A stretch of DNA of 36,194 nucleotides from a virus (IMGVR_UViG_3300011339_000777:1-36194), one strand, 5' to 3'; shown: positions 1 through 7,902, counted from the stretch's first letter. Program-made: numbers and translations. The notes: generated by a model not told the origin, from the sequence alone.

Positions 1-127
1 CATCCTTGCGCTTGTGCGTCGGCAGGAAGGCCGGGAAGGTGGCGACCGGCGCACCATCCGCGTGGTACTTTATCTCACCGCCCGAATGGCGTGGTGTCTG
101 CCGAACAATCAAGGCTGTCTCGCCGGC
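1..127. repeat. Terminal direct repeat identical to 36068-36194 (circular assembly overlap)
   Basis: The first 127 nt match the last 127 nt exactly, and the primase reading frame continues across the junction. Confidence 0.95.
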
Positions 128-163
128 GGGTGCCAGATTGACCAAGTAATCGAGTAGTTCCAT
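1..163 (-). CDS. 5' part of primase-helicase (MELLDYLVNLAPAGETALIVRQTP...), continued at the right end of the window
   Basis: ATG at 163 preceded by GGATGGGA; in frame with the 33906..36179 ORF through the 127-bp overlap. Confidence 0.88.
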   Translation of the reverse strand, partial: MELLDYLVNLAPAGETALIVRQTPRHSGGEIKYHADGAPVATFPAFLPTHKRKD

Positions 164-182
164 GTTTCCCATCCAGTTGATT

Positions 183-217
183 GCGCGCAGGTAAAGGGCT
201 GAGGGATACCTGCGCGC
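183..217 (-). promoter_or_regulatory. 11-bp hairpin with pyrimidine-rich loop upstream of the primase start
   Basis: GCGCGCAGGTA-N13-TACCTGCGCGC perfect inverted repeat; mRNA loop UCCCUCAGCCCUU. Confidence 0.5.
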
Positions 218-318
218 GTTAGTTTTAAGAGCCTGAAATCAGAGTGTCTGTATGCTTGCAACCTTATGGATACCGCAGGACCGCTGCGACGCCGGATACC
301 GGCGGATTGCCGGAATAG

Positions 319-2277
319 TTAACCCTTACCGTAGCGGGCCATCACCGACGTTTCGGCAGCCAACGGCAAACCGTCGGCCCATACGGGCGGGGTACACATG
401 ATGTCGGCCAACTGTTCTTTCGCTTGTTCCGCCATGCAAGTGTCTACTTCTAGCAAAATTTCGTCGTGCACGTGCAGCACCACGTCGGGTAGTTGGCGCA
501 GGGCATTGCGCAGGATGTCGGCGGCTGTCGCTTGCGTGATGTTCTCGCAGGCCAGCCCCTTCCACAACCTGGCGCGGGGCCATTCTTTCGCATCCGCTGC
601 GGGCTTCCATGACGCCTTGGCATATGTGACGCCTTCATCCTCGATCCGTGCGAAAGGATAACAGAGAACACGGCCCGACGGCAATGCGTACCACAAGTGG
701 AGCCCGTCGTAGTAATACGTCACGCGACCCGCTTTCATCTTGGTTTTCGGGTTCCGAATTGCTCGCGTGTACGCAATCTCAAGTTCCTGCCAGTAAGGCA
801 CCGACCACGGGTTCGCGCGGCGCCAAGCGTCCACCATCTTGCGGGCCTCGCTCTCAGGCAGGCTCAGACCGTAGACGCGGCCCATGGCCGCGAAGGCACC
901 CACGCCGCCGGCGAAGCCGCAGGCCAACTCCTGCACCTTGCCGACTTGGCGCTGGTCCTTGGTGACGTCCTCGACGCGGCACCGGAAGGTGGCGGCCGCG
1001 TTGACCTTGTAGACGTCGGCGCCATCACGGAAAAGTGTCAGCTTGTCATCGCCCGCACCGCTGCACCACGGGGTCACGCGGGCCTCGATGGAGGACCAAT
1101 CGGCGACCACGAACGACTTGCCGGGCGCCGGGATCAGCGCCGGCCGCAGCATGCCCTTCAGCACGTCAGTGACGCGGCGGCCGTACTGCGGCACGATCTG
1201 GTGCCCGCGCACCATCGCCTGGCGGACTAGTTCAGGCTCGTCGGCGCATCGTCTTGGGAAATTGTGGACCTGAAGACCGTAGCTTGATGCTCGGCCCGTA
1301 GCTGAGCCACCACAGAATACAAACGCACCCCGGACGCGACCGTCTTGATCATCGCTAAGCGCTGCGGCACGGTCAAACTTCGCCACGGACGATGCCCACA
1401 GATCGTCCGCGCACTGCACCACTTCCGCGACTTCCGGTGGGACTTCATCGGGGTTCTCCATCGCCAGCAGGTTAGCGCGCACGGTCTTGTCGATGCTGGT
1501 CTTCTCGACGCCGTCCTTCCAGACTTGCATCAGCTTGCGGGCCTCCGGCCCGACGCGCTCCTGCACCCACTCCCGCATGCGCGGGCTGCGCACGGATGTC
1601 AACGCACCGCCCGTCACCTCGCGCACCACGTCCTGTATGTCGTCCAGTTCCTGCGCGGCGTAGCGAACGGCGGCATTGGCGAGCGGCACGTCCAGCATGA
1701 CGCCACGGTCGTTGATGCGCTCGTTGACGTAGTAGTCGGCCAGTTCCTCGTCGGCCAATTCGCGCATGGCCTTGGAGACGGCACGCATCGCGCGCACGTC
1801 GGCCTCGCAATATTCAATCATCTCGGCCATCAACTTGGGGTCTTCACGGAAGGTGCCGTCGCCCTGCGGGATCGAGAGCGCCCGCACCAGCGCCGCGCCC
1901 CGGTGGTCCTTCTTCATGCTGGCGCCCGCGAAGCGGCCGACGTCCTCCAGGCTGCCCGGCGCACAGTTGGCGCGGGCCTGTGTTGCAGTGCAGTAGAACT
2001 GCTCCAGCTTGGGCTCGGGGATGCCAAAGTCGGGGCAGATCACGTACCAGAAGATCAACCGCTCGAACGCGGCGTTGTGGGCGCGGATTTGCCCAATGTG
2101 CAGCGCGACGCGCGTCGGGAAGGGCTGGTCAGGCGTCCAAGTGACTACGTCCTCGTCGTCGAAGGCGTAGGACATGCACAGCACCTCGGTGCTGGGGTCT
2201 TGGGCGTAGTTGTACACGCCCCGGCTCCGCAAGTCGCAGCGGCTGCGGGTTTCGAAGTCAATCCAGAGTGTTGTCAT
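319..2277 (-). CDS. Phage family A DNA polymerase with 3'-5' exonuclease (SPO2/APSE-like)
   Basis: ExoI DFETRS, ExoII AHNAAFER, ExoIII YCEAD, motif A DWSSIEAR, motif B RQVGKVQELACGF, motif C HVHDE; start placed at MTTLWIDFE. Confidence 0.95.
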   Translation of the reverse strand: MTTLWIDFETRSRCDLRSRGVYNYAQDPSTEVLCMSYAFDDEDVVTWTPDQPFPTRVALHIGQIRAHNAAFERLIFWYVICPDFGIPEPKLEQFYCTATQARANCAPGSLEDVGRFAGASMKKDHRGAALVRALSIPQGDGTFREDPKLMAEMIEYCEADVRAMRAVSKAMRELADEELADYYVNERINDRGVMLDVPLANAAVRYAAQELDDIQDVVREVTGGALTSVRSPRMREWVQERVGPEARKLMQVWKDGVEKTSIDKTVRANLLAMENPDEVPPEVAEVVQCADDLWASSVAKFDRAAALSDDQDGRVRGAFVFCGGSATGRASSYGLQVHNFPRRCADEPELVRQAMVRGHQIVPQYGRRVTDVLKGMLRPALIPAPGKSFVVADWSSIEARVTPWCSGAGDDKLTLFRDGADVYKVNAAATFRCRVEDVTKDQRQVGKVQELACGFAGGVGAFAAMGRVYGLSLPESEARKMVDAWRRANPWSVPYWQELEIAYTRAIRNPKTKMKAGRVTYYYDGLHLWYALPSGRVLCYPFARIEDEGVTYAKASWKPAADAKEWPRARLWKGLACENITQATAADILRNALRQLPDVVLHVHDEILLEVDTCMAEQAKEQLADIMCTPPVWADGLPLAAETSVMARYGKG

Positions 2278-2284
2278 TTGAGGT

Positions 2285-2320
2285 GCGGGGTCGCCCACCG
2301 GGAGGAAAAAGCGACCCCGC
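2285..2320 (-). promoter_or_regulatory. 10-bp hairpin with anti-SD loop (UUUUUCCUCCC) 7 nt upstream of the polymerase start
   Basis: GCGGGGTCGC-N16-GCGACCCCGC perfect inverted repeat. Confidence 0.55.
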
Positions 2321-2328
2321 TCGCCCGC

Positions 2329-2964
2329 TTACGCAGTACGACGACGGCGGGCGGTGGGCTCCGCTGGCGTTTCCGGCGCGGGCGTCTCGTCCTTACCCTC
2401 AAGCGACACCCACTGGGTGATCTCGAAGATAGGGGTAAAGATGCGGCCGTAGGACTTGTGCGTGTAGTGGTCCTTCTTCAGACGCACCACCGGCACAGGC
2501 TTGGACTGATCCTTCTCGACCTGTGTGGCGATGTCAAGGGCCAGCTTCTGAACGGCGCGCTTGCCGCCCACGGAGGTGACGTTGTAGCGCGCCTCCATGT
2601 CCTTGTCCTCGCCGTTCATGCACTTCAGGCTCATGCCGACCTGCATCTCCCAGCCGCGCTTGGCGCCCGGCGGGGGAGTATCCATTTCGGGAAGCGGTTC
2701 CGACACTGGCACCATCTTCTCGCCCAGCACCTCACCCTCGCCCCAGGCAATGAAGCCGTGGACAAAGGAGAACGGGTTGATCGCCCAGGTGCTGTCGTCA
2801 TCAATTTCGGTCTGGTCGGCGCCGAACACCCAATGGCCGGTCTTGTCCATCTTGAGGATGACCATGCCGGCGGCACCCACTTCGCTCTCAAGGCTGCGAA
2901 GCGCGGTGGTCAGCGACTGTACGGAGGGGAGTTTGCCGTTACCGAATGCAACTACGTCGTTCAT
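2329..2964 (-). CDS. Putative ssDNA-binding protein
   Basis: Lies between nuclease and polymerase, where APSE-like modules carry an SSB; aromatic beta-rich core (YTHKSYGRIFTP) and flexible C-terminal tail. Confidence 0.6.
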   Translation of the reverse strand: MNDVVAFGNGKLPSVQSLTTALRSLESEVGAAGMVILKMDKTGHWVFGADQTEIDDDSTWAINPFSFVHGFIAWGEGEVLGEKMVPVSEPLPEMDTPPPGAKRGWEMQVGMSLKCMNGEDKDMEARYNVTSVGGKRAVQKLALDIATQVEKDQSKPVPVVRLKKDHYTHKSYGRIFTPIFEITQWVSLEGKDETPAPETPAEPTARRRRTA

Positions 2965-3007
2965 TTGAGTTTCCTTTAGTTTACCAATGCCGGGTCAGCC
3001 CGGCGCT

Positions 3008-3493
3008 CTATTCAGCGCGCGCAAACGCGCCAAATTCCTTTTCCGCAGCAGCTACGTAAGCAGCGTGCGCTTCTTCCTCGGTATCGTAATAGCCGAGATA
3101 AATGTTTTTTCCTTGCACGCGTATTTGAGCGCCAAACCGATGTTTTTGTATGTAAACACCTTTTAATCTGCAGCGCCCGCCGCGTCTTTTCTTTGAGTTC
3201 CTACTGTTCTCAGCGCACGTTGCCTTTCGCAGATTTGCGATGCGATTGTCGTCGCGGTCGCCATTTATATGATCTATTTGCGCGCAAGGCCATACGCCAT
3301 GAACGTACAGCCAAGCTAAACGGTGTGCGAAATATCTTTTGTTGTTAACGCGAAATTTAAGATACCCGTCACTATTAAGTGTACCCGCTACGCAGCCTAT
3401 TTTAATGCAGTTAGAACTTCTCACACAGCGCGTAAACACACCTGTTTCCGGGTCGTAGTCGAGTTGCTCCCGCAGTTCTTCTGCTGTTATCAT
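3008..3493 (-). CDS. Free-standing HNH homing endonuclease with AP2-like DNA-binding domain
   Basis: YDPETGVF, AHRLAWLY, IDHINGDRDDNRIANLR, LGYYDTEEEAHAAY...FGAFA; visibly more AT-rich than flanking genes. Confidence 0.92.
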   Translation of the reverse strand: MITAEELREQLDYDPETGVFTRCVRSSNCIKIGCVAGTLNSDGYLKFRVNNKRYFAHRLAWLYVHGVWPCAQIDHINGDRDDNRIANLRKATCAENSRNSKKRRGGRCRLKGVYIQKHRFGAQIRVQGKNIYLGYYDTEEEAHAAYVAAAEKEFGAFARAE

Positions 3494-3494
3494 A

Positions 3495-4619
3495 TCAGGC
3501 AATCTTCCCAAGCGCGGCGGTCAACTGCTTGCCGATCTGCAACACGGCGGGCCGGGGGTCATCCTCGGGTGCCAGCGTGTTACCTGTTGAGACGGACACG
3601 ATCAGGTCGGTCGGCATCGGGACATTGTGCTTCTTCAGCACCTTCTCCATCTGCGCTGGCGACTTGGGGTCCGTCAACTGTTCGATATTAAGCCCTGCTT
3701 CGGTCAGTGCCGTCAAGACTTTTTTGTCGTCTGCCCACTTGCGCGTGGCGCGCTTGGGCACCAACTTCCAGCCCGGCACCTCGACGCCGTTCTCCAGCAG
3801 TTGCTGCGCCATGTCGCGGGCGTCCTTGATGTAGCCCTCCAACAGGTCGATCTGCCCCAGCGCCTCGGCCAGGCGGTCAACATTAACCGTCTTGATGGCG
3901 GTGCGGGCGGCACGGGCGACGGCACCGTTCACCACCGGGCAGATCGTCTTGGCCGTACACCAGCGGCAGTGGTCGCCGGCGGCCAGCGGCGCGTCGGGCT
4001 GCTCGGCAGCGCGCACCGCCAGCATCAGTTCAGCCTCGAACTGCTTGACGCGGGCGGGCGTTGTGACCCAGCGCTTCACGTACGGCGGCTGGACGATGAT
4101 GATCTCAATGTCCTCGACGTCGGCGAACGCCCACTTGGTCTTCGTGGTACGAAGGGCGGCAGCGACGTAGAAGAGGCCCTGCGGGTTCTCTTCCGCGCTC
4201 ACCGCGACGCCGTCGCCAAACTTCCAATCCAGCAACACGCCACGGTTGCCAATCCTGCCAACAAGATCGGCGGAGCCGAACACGCCCGGCAGAGCGTTGC
4301 CAAAGCCGACGACCTGCTCGACGGCGTATTCCATCGTCTTGTCGGGGTCGATCTCGTCAAGGGCGGCCAGTGCCGGCAGCAGCTTGCGCTCCAGCAGGTC
4401 TTCGGTCAGTTCGATGGCGTTGTAGGTGGCACCCAAGAACTCCTGCGGCGGCTTGCCTGTTTCCAAGATGCTGGCGATGGTATTGTGCAGCAGCGTGCCG
4501 GTGTCGGCGTGGACCGACGACGGCTGCGGGGGCATCTTCTGGACGAGTGCGACACTGCCGGGGCAGGCCAGCACGCGCTTGGCGGTAGACCCGCCGACGA
4601 CGTTTGAGTGAGCAGCCAT
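3495..4619 (-). CDS. Cas4-like PD-(D/E)XK exonuclease (DUF2800-like)
   Basis: RVLACPGS, GTLLH, FGSAD, LDWKFG, QGLFY, HCRWC...CP; GGAGG RBS before ATG 4619. Confidence 0.85.
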   Translation of the reverse strand: MAAHSNVVGGSTAKRVLACPGSVALVQKMPPQPSSVHADTGTLLHNTIASILETGKPPQEFLGATYNAIELTEDLLERKLLPALAALDEIDPDKTMEYAVEQVVGFGNALPGVFGSADLVGRIGNRGVLLDWKFGDGVAVSAEENPQGLFYVAAALRTTKTKWAFADVEDIEIIIVQPPYVKRWVTTPARVKQFEAELMLAVRAAEQPDAPLAAGDHCRWCTAKTICPVVNGAVARAARTAIKTVNVDRLAEALGQIDLLEGYIKDARDMAQQLLENGVEVPGWKLVPKRATRKWADDKKVLTALTEAGLNIEQLTDPKSPAQMEKVLKKHNVPMPTDLIVSVSTGNTLAPEDDPRPAVLQIGKQLTAALGKIA

Positions 4620-4638
4620 AATGTATCCTCCTGTTGAT

Positions 4639-4690
4639 ACCCCAGCACTACATAATGTTTGTTGACGTGTCAATGATTGTTTGATAGATG
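4639..4690. promoter_or_regulatory. Divergent sigma70-like promoters with overlapping -35 elements (TTGACGTGTCAA palindrome)
   Basis: Plus strand TTGACG-N17-TAGATG, then 6 nt to ATG 4697; minus strand TTGACA-N17-TAGTGC towards the nuclease operon. Confidence 0.65.
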
Positions 4691-4696
4691 ATGTGC

Positions 4697-4993
4697 ATGA
4701 CGCGCGAAAGTGAGATCGAACGATACTTTGTGTGGACCGTCGAGCGTATGGGCGGCGTCCACTACAAGTTCCGCGCGCTGAACTGCAAGGGCGTCAGCGA
4801 CCGCATCGCGTGTCTGCCGAACGGCCAGACGTGGTTCGTGGAACTGAAGGCACCCAACGGGCGGCTGTCGCCGCTGCAACGCAAATTCGCCGCCGACATG
4901 CAACGCACAGGTCAACTGTATGCGTGCCTGTGGCGCAAGACGGAGATAGACGAGTGGGCCTTACGCTTAGACCCTACCAGAACGACGCCGTGA
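4697..4993 (+). CDS. VRR-NUC domain nuclease (Holliday junction resolvase-like)
   Basis: ESEIE, GVSDRI, FVELKAPNGRLSPLQ. Confidence 0.9.
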   Translation: MTRESEIERYFVWTVERMGGVHYKFRALNCKGVSDRIACLPNGQTWFVELKAPNGRLSPLQRKFAADMQRTGQLYACLWRKTEIDEWALRLDPTRTTP

Positions 4994-6294
4994 CGTTCCT
5001 GTACGAGCGTGACCGCGCCATGATCCTGGCGCCCGTCGGGGCCGGCAAGACGGCCATCACGCTGACGGCCATGGCCGAGATGAAGCGGGAGGGGCACGCC
5101 AAGCGGTGGCTGGTGGTGGCGCCCAAACGTGTGTGTACGGACGTGTGGCCCGTCGAGGTGGCGAAATGGGCGCCGTCGCTGTCTTATTCCGTTGCTGTCG
5201 GCACCTCCACCCAACGCAAGGCAGCGCTGTCTTCTAGCAGTGACATCGTCGTCGTCAACTACGACAACCTCGACAAGCTGCCGCAGGACTTGGCGTTCGA
5301 CGGCGTGGTGTTTGACGAACTGACCCGGCTCAAGAACCCATCGGGCAAACGCTTCAAGGCGTTCTACAAGATGCTCGACCGCTTCCCGGTGCGCTGGGGC
5401 CTGACCGGATCATTCACCTCGAACGGGCTGGAGGACGTCTTCGGCCAGTGCAAGGTGGTGGACGAGAAGTTGCTGGGCCGGGCCAAGGGCGCGTTCCTCC
5501 AGCAGTACTTCGTCTGCATCAACCGCGATTTTGGCGAGTGGCAACCGCGTCGCGGCGCGCTAGAACAGGTCATGGCGCGCATCCGCCCGGCGACGTTCGT
5601 GCTGGAGCCTGGCGTCTACAAGGACAAGTTGCCGCCCTGCCATGTCGTCGAGATGCGCAGCGACATGGATCGTACGGCGTACGAGAAGATGAAGAAGGAC
5701 TATCTGGTCGAGTTGGGCGGGGCCGAGATCACCGCCCTGACGGCGGCGGCTGTGACGAGCAAACTGCAACAGATGGCCGGGGGCTGGGTTTACGATACCG
5801 TATCAGAAGCCTCGGACAAGGCCGGCGTTTTCAAATCATACAAGTACGCGCACTGGTTCTCGACGCACCGCTTCGACATGTTGAACGAAATCCTTGAGGG
5901 CAACCAGCGCGCTACCACGCTGATTGTCTACAACTTCGTCGAAGAGTTAGCCCAGCTAAAGATACGGTACCCGCACATTTGGACGCTGGACGACGGCCCA
6001 GATGTAATCAAGCGATGGAACGAAGGGGAGATACCTTTGATGGCAATCCACCCTAAGTCAGCCGGGCATGGACTCAACCTCCAATTGCCCTGTTGTCATA
6101 TGGTGTTCCTGTCGCTGCCGTGGTCGCTGGAACTGTACGAGCAGACGGTCGGCCGCATCCATCGCGGTGGGCAGGAGCGTGACGTGTGGGTGTACGTGAT
6201 GCTGACGAACAAGACGATAGACGAGCGCATCTGGTCCGCCCTGGCGGACAAGCGCGCCATTTCTGATATTGCGTTAGAGGAGTTGAAAGGGTGA
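4954..6294 (+). CDS. SNF2-like SF2 helicase
   Basis: LRPYQ, APVGAGKT, VFDE, LTGS, SAGHGLNLQ, QTVGRIHRGGQ; GTG start at 4954 after GGAG. Confidence 0.92.
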   Translation: MGLTLRPYQNDAVTFLYERDRAMILAPVGAGKTAITLTAMAEMKREGHAKRWLVVAPKRVCTDVWPVEVAKWAPSLSYSVAVGTSTQRKAALSSSSDIVVVNYDNLDKLPQDLAFDGVVFDELTRLKNPSGKRFKAFYKMLDRFPVRWGLTGSFTSNGLEDVFGQCKVVDEKLLGRAKGAFLQQYFVCINRDFGEWQPRRGALEQVMARIRPATFVLEPGVYKDKLPPCHVVEMRSDMDRTAYEKMKKDYLVELGGAEITALTAAAVTSKLQQMAGGWVYDTVSEASDKAGVFKSYKYAHWFSTHRFDMLNEILEGNQRATTLIVYNFVEELAQLKIRYPHIWTLDDGPDVIKRWNEGEIPLMAIHPKSAGHGLNLQLPCCHMVFLSLPWSLELYEQTVGRIHRGGQERDVWVYVMLTNKTIDERIWSALADKRAISDIALEELKG

Positions 6295-6473
6295 ACTGGT
6301 TCGAACTTAATGCCGTGCTGCCGTTGAAAGACGAGAAACAAGTGCAGGTGCTGCTGAACGAAGAGGTCAAGGTCCACAAGAGGCCCACCTTCATCGTCCG
6401 CATCCACCAGCGCTACACCATGCTGCGGGCGCAGCGCGAGCGTCAGGAACTGTTGGAGAGGATCAAGCAATGA
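6291..6473 (+). CDS. Hypothetical protein
   Basis: GTGA overlap with helicase stop; typical codon usage. Confidence 0.75.
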   Translation: MNWFELNAVLPLKDEKQVQVLLNEEVKVHKRPTFIVRIHQRYTMLRAQRERQELLERIKQ

Positions 6474-6709
6474 ACATACCACCCGCTGCGCTGGAGGCGG
6501 GCGCGAGGGCTATCACAATGGCGTTGATCCTTGCCGTTGAAGAAGATTGCCGCGCTCTCGCCCTGACAGATGATGAGCGCACGGAACTAGCCCGCGCCGC
6601 CTTCCTCGCCATGATTGAAGCGTGGGAGGGGATGCGCATTTCATGGCTAGCCTTAAACGATGGCGCGATTGTCCTTCCCCTACCTACGGAGGCGGGTGAT
6701 GGCCGATAA
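6470..6709 (+). CDS. Hypothetical protein
   Basis: ATGA overlap with previous gene; GAGG upstream. Confidence 0.7.
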   Translation: MNIPPAALEAGARAITMALILAVEEDCRALALTDDERTELARAAFLAMIEAWEGMRISWLALNDGAIVLPLPTEAGDGR

Positions 6710-6908
6710 GGCCCTCATCGCAGCGGCCATCCAGCACGTAAAGGATATGGGGCCAAACTCTTACGAGGAGTGGGTCGGGCTGATCATCGACTTTACTTGC
6801 AACGCTTCCTCATCGGGTCCCACTCCCCGCCCCGACGAACACAGTCTTGAAATGCCTTCTCCTGTTCCGGGGTCATACGCTTTGACAGGAAAGGCCACGC
6901 GGCCTTGA
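6699..6908 (+). CDS. Hypothetical protein (MADKALIAAAIQHVKDMG...), 3' half antisense to 6793..7020
   Basis: GGAGG RBS; overlaps previous gene; plausible N-terminal half. Confidence 0.5.
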   Translation: MADKALIAAAIQHVKDMGPNSYEEWVGLIIDFTCNASSSGPTPRPDEHSLEMPSPVPGSYALTGKATRP

Positions 6909-7020
6909 AGGCAATGACGCCCAATCCCCACCAAAAGGTCGGGCGTTGGGCGACAAGGTAGCCGCCAGCGCCGATCCCGATCAACAGGACGGCGATGGCG
7001 GCAATCTCCAACCAAGTCAT
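6793..7020 (-). CDS. Small membrane protein ending the lysis cassette
   Basis: N-terminal TM helix, second hydrophobic segment, basic C-terminus with two Cys; ATGA overlap with holin-like gene. Confidence 0.75.
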   Translation of the reverse strand: MTWLEIAAIAVLLIGIGAGGYLVAQRPTFWWGLGVIAFKAAWPFLSKRMTPEQEKAFQDCVRRGGEWDPMRKRCK

Positions 7021-7193
7021 GCCTTGGGCTGGTTGGGCACCAGGTAGGTGACGACGGCGGTCAGCACGGCGCCGAGGACGACCGACACGCTGTCGATCAG
7101 GCTGGGCGTCACCCAGCCGGTCGAGATGCCAAACAGGCCGATCAGGGCGACCAGTGAGGTGATGAAGGCAGCTACGGCTTTATGTGCGGTCAT
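7017..7193 (-). CDS. Putative two-TM holin, 58 aa, absent from the ORF track
   Basis: MTAHKAVAAFITSLVALIGLFGISTGWVTPSLIDSVSVVLGAVLTAVVTYLVPNQPKA; GGAG RBS; directly after endolysin. Confidence 0.7.
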   Translation of the reverse strand: MTAHKAVAAFITSLVALIGLFGISTGWVTPSLIDSVSVVLGAVLTAVVTYLVPNQPKA

Positions 7194-7194
7194 G

Positions 7195-7644
7195 TTACGT
7201 ACTCCGGGTTAAGAACAGTTTCTTTTCGTCTTCACGGCGCGCCGTCAAGCCTTTCAGCACTTTGCCGCCCGCCTTGTTCCACAGCAGGAAGGCGTCCGCT
7301 GCGGCCTTGGGGTTGCCCTCGTTCATGCGGCGCACGACGGAAGACTTGGCAAAGTTGGTCGGTCCGATGTTGAAGCAGAGGCTGGTCATCGCGGCGAACT
7401 GGTTGGACGTCGGGGCCACCGAGATGGCCTTGGTGACGGCGCGCTCGTACTGGCCGAGGTCGCGGGCCAAGATGTCGGCCGCTTCCTTCTCGGTGATCTT
7501 CATGCCCGCCTTGGGTGCCGGCGGACCTGCCTCGGCGGTGTGGCCGTAGCCAATCGTCCAGATGCCGACGCTGTCCTGGTACGCAGTCAGGCGCAGGCCC
7601 TCCCAGCGCTTGATCAGGTCCAGACCGGCGGTGTTGATCTTCAC
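7195..7644 (-). CDS. Endolysin, GH24 lysozyme
   Basis: E-x8-D-x5-T triad (EGLRLTAYQDSVGIWT), IGYGHT, FNIG, GLTARR. Confidence 0.95.
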   Translation of the reverse strand: MKINTAGLDLIKRWEGLRLTAYQDSVGIWTIGYGHTAEAGPPAPKAGMKITEKEAADILARDLGQYERAVTKAISVAPTSNQFAAMTSLCFNIGPTNFAKSSVVRRMNEGNPKAAADAFLLWNKAGGKVLKGLTARREDEKKLFLTRST

Positions 7645-7898
7645 GACTTGTCAGCCTTCTCGTTGACGCGGTCGAAGAGGCTGTTCAGCGTGCGGTCCAC
7701 CTGTGCGAAGCCGGTGCGGATGTCGTTCTTGATGTCCGCAACGGCCGACTTGAAGTCGTCCTTCTGGACGTAACTTAACGGTATCTTGCGCACGTCCTCG
7801 TCGAGACGGTCCAAGCTGTGATACACGCGGCTCAAGACCCACCCTCCCGTAACGCTGACAGCCCCTACGGCGAGGTTGAACAACACCTGATAGTCCAC
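7641..7898 (-). CDS. Single-TM coiled-coil protein (holin/antiholin candidate)
   Basis: GTG start after GAGGTGAGG; TM segment then helical domain; GTGA overlap with endolysin. Confidence 0.7.
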   Translation of the reverse strand: MDYQVLFNLAVGAVSVTGGWVLSRVYHSLDRLDEDVRKIPLSYVQKDDFKSAVADIKNDIRTGFAQVDRTLNSLFDRVNEKADKS

Positions 7899-7902
7899 GT
7901 CC

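Noticed and set aside
1-127. Biological direct terminal repeat
   Set aside because: The length equals a common assembler k-mer (127) and it falls mid-gene, so it indicates circular assembly rather than a true end
164-318. tRNA gene
   Set aside because: No cloverleaf, T-loop GTTCRA or D-loop consensus on either strand
1345-2979. Long antisense ORFs (544 aa here; also 3627..4607, 17767..19053, 24699..25598, 28833..29765)
   Set aside because: Shadow frames of GC3-rich genes with no motifs or RBS
3008-3493. Group I intron around the HNH gene
   Set aside because: Both flanking genes are intact and the spacers are too short for an intron core
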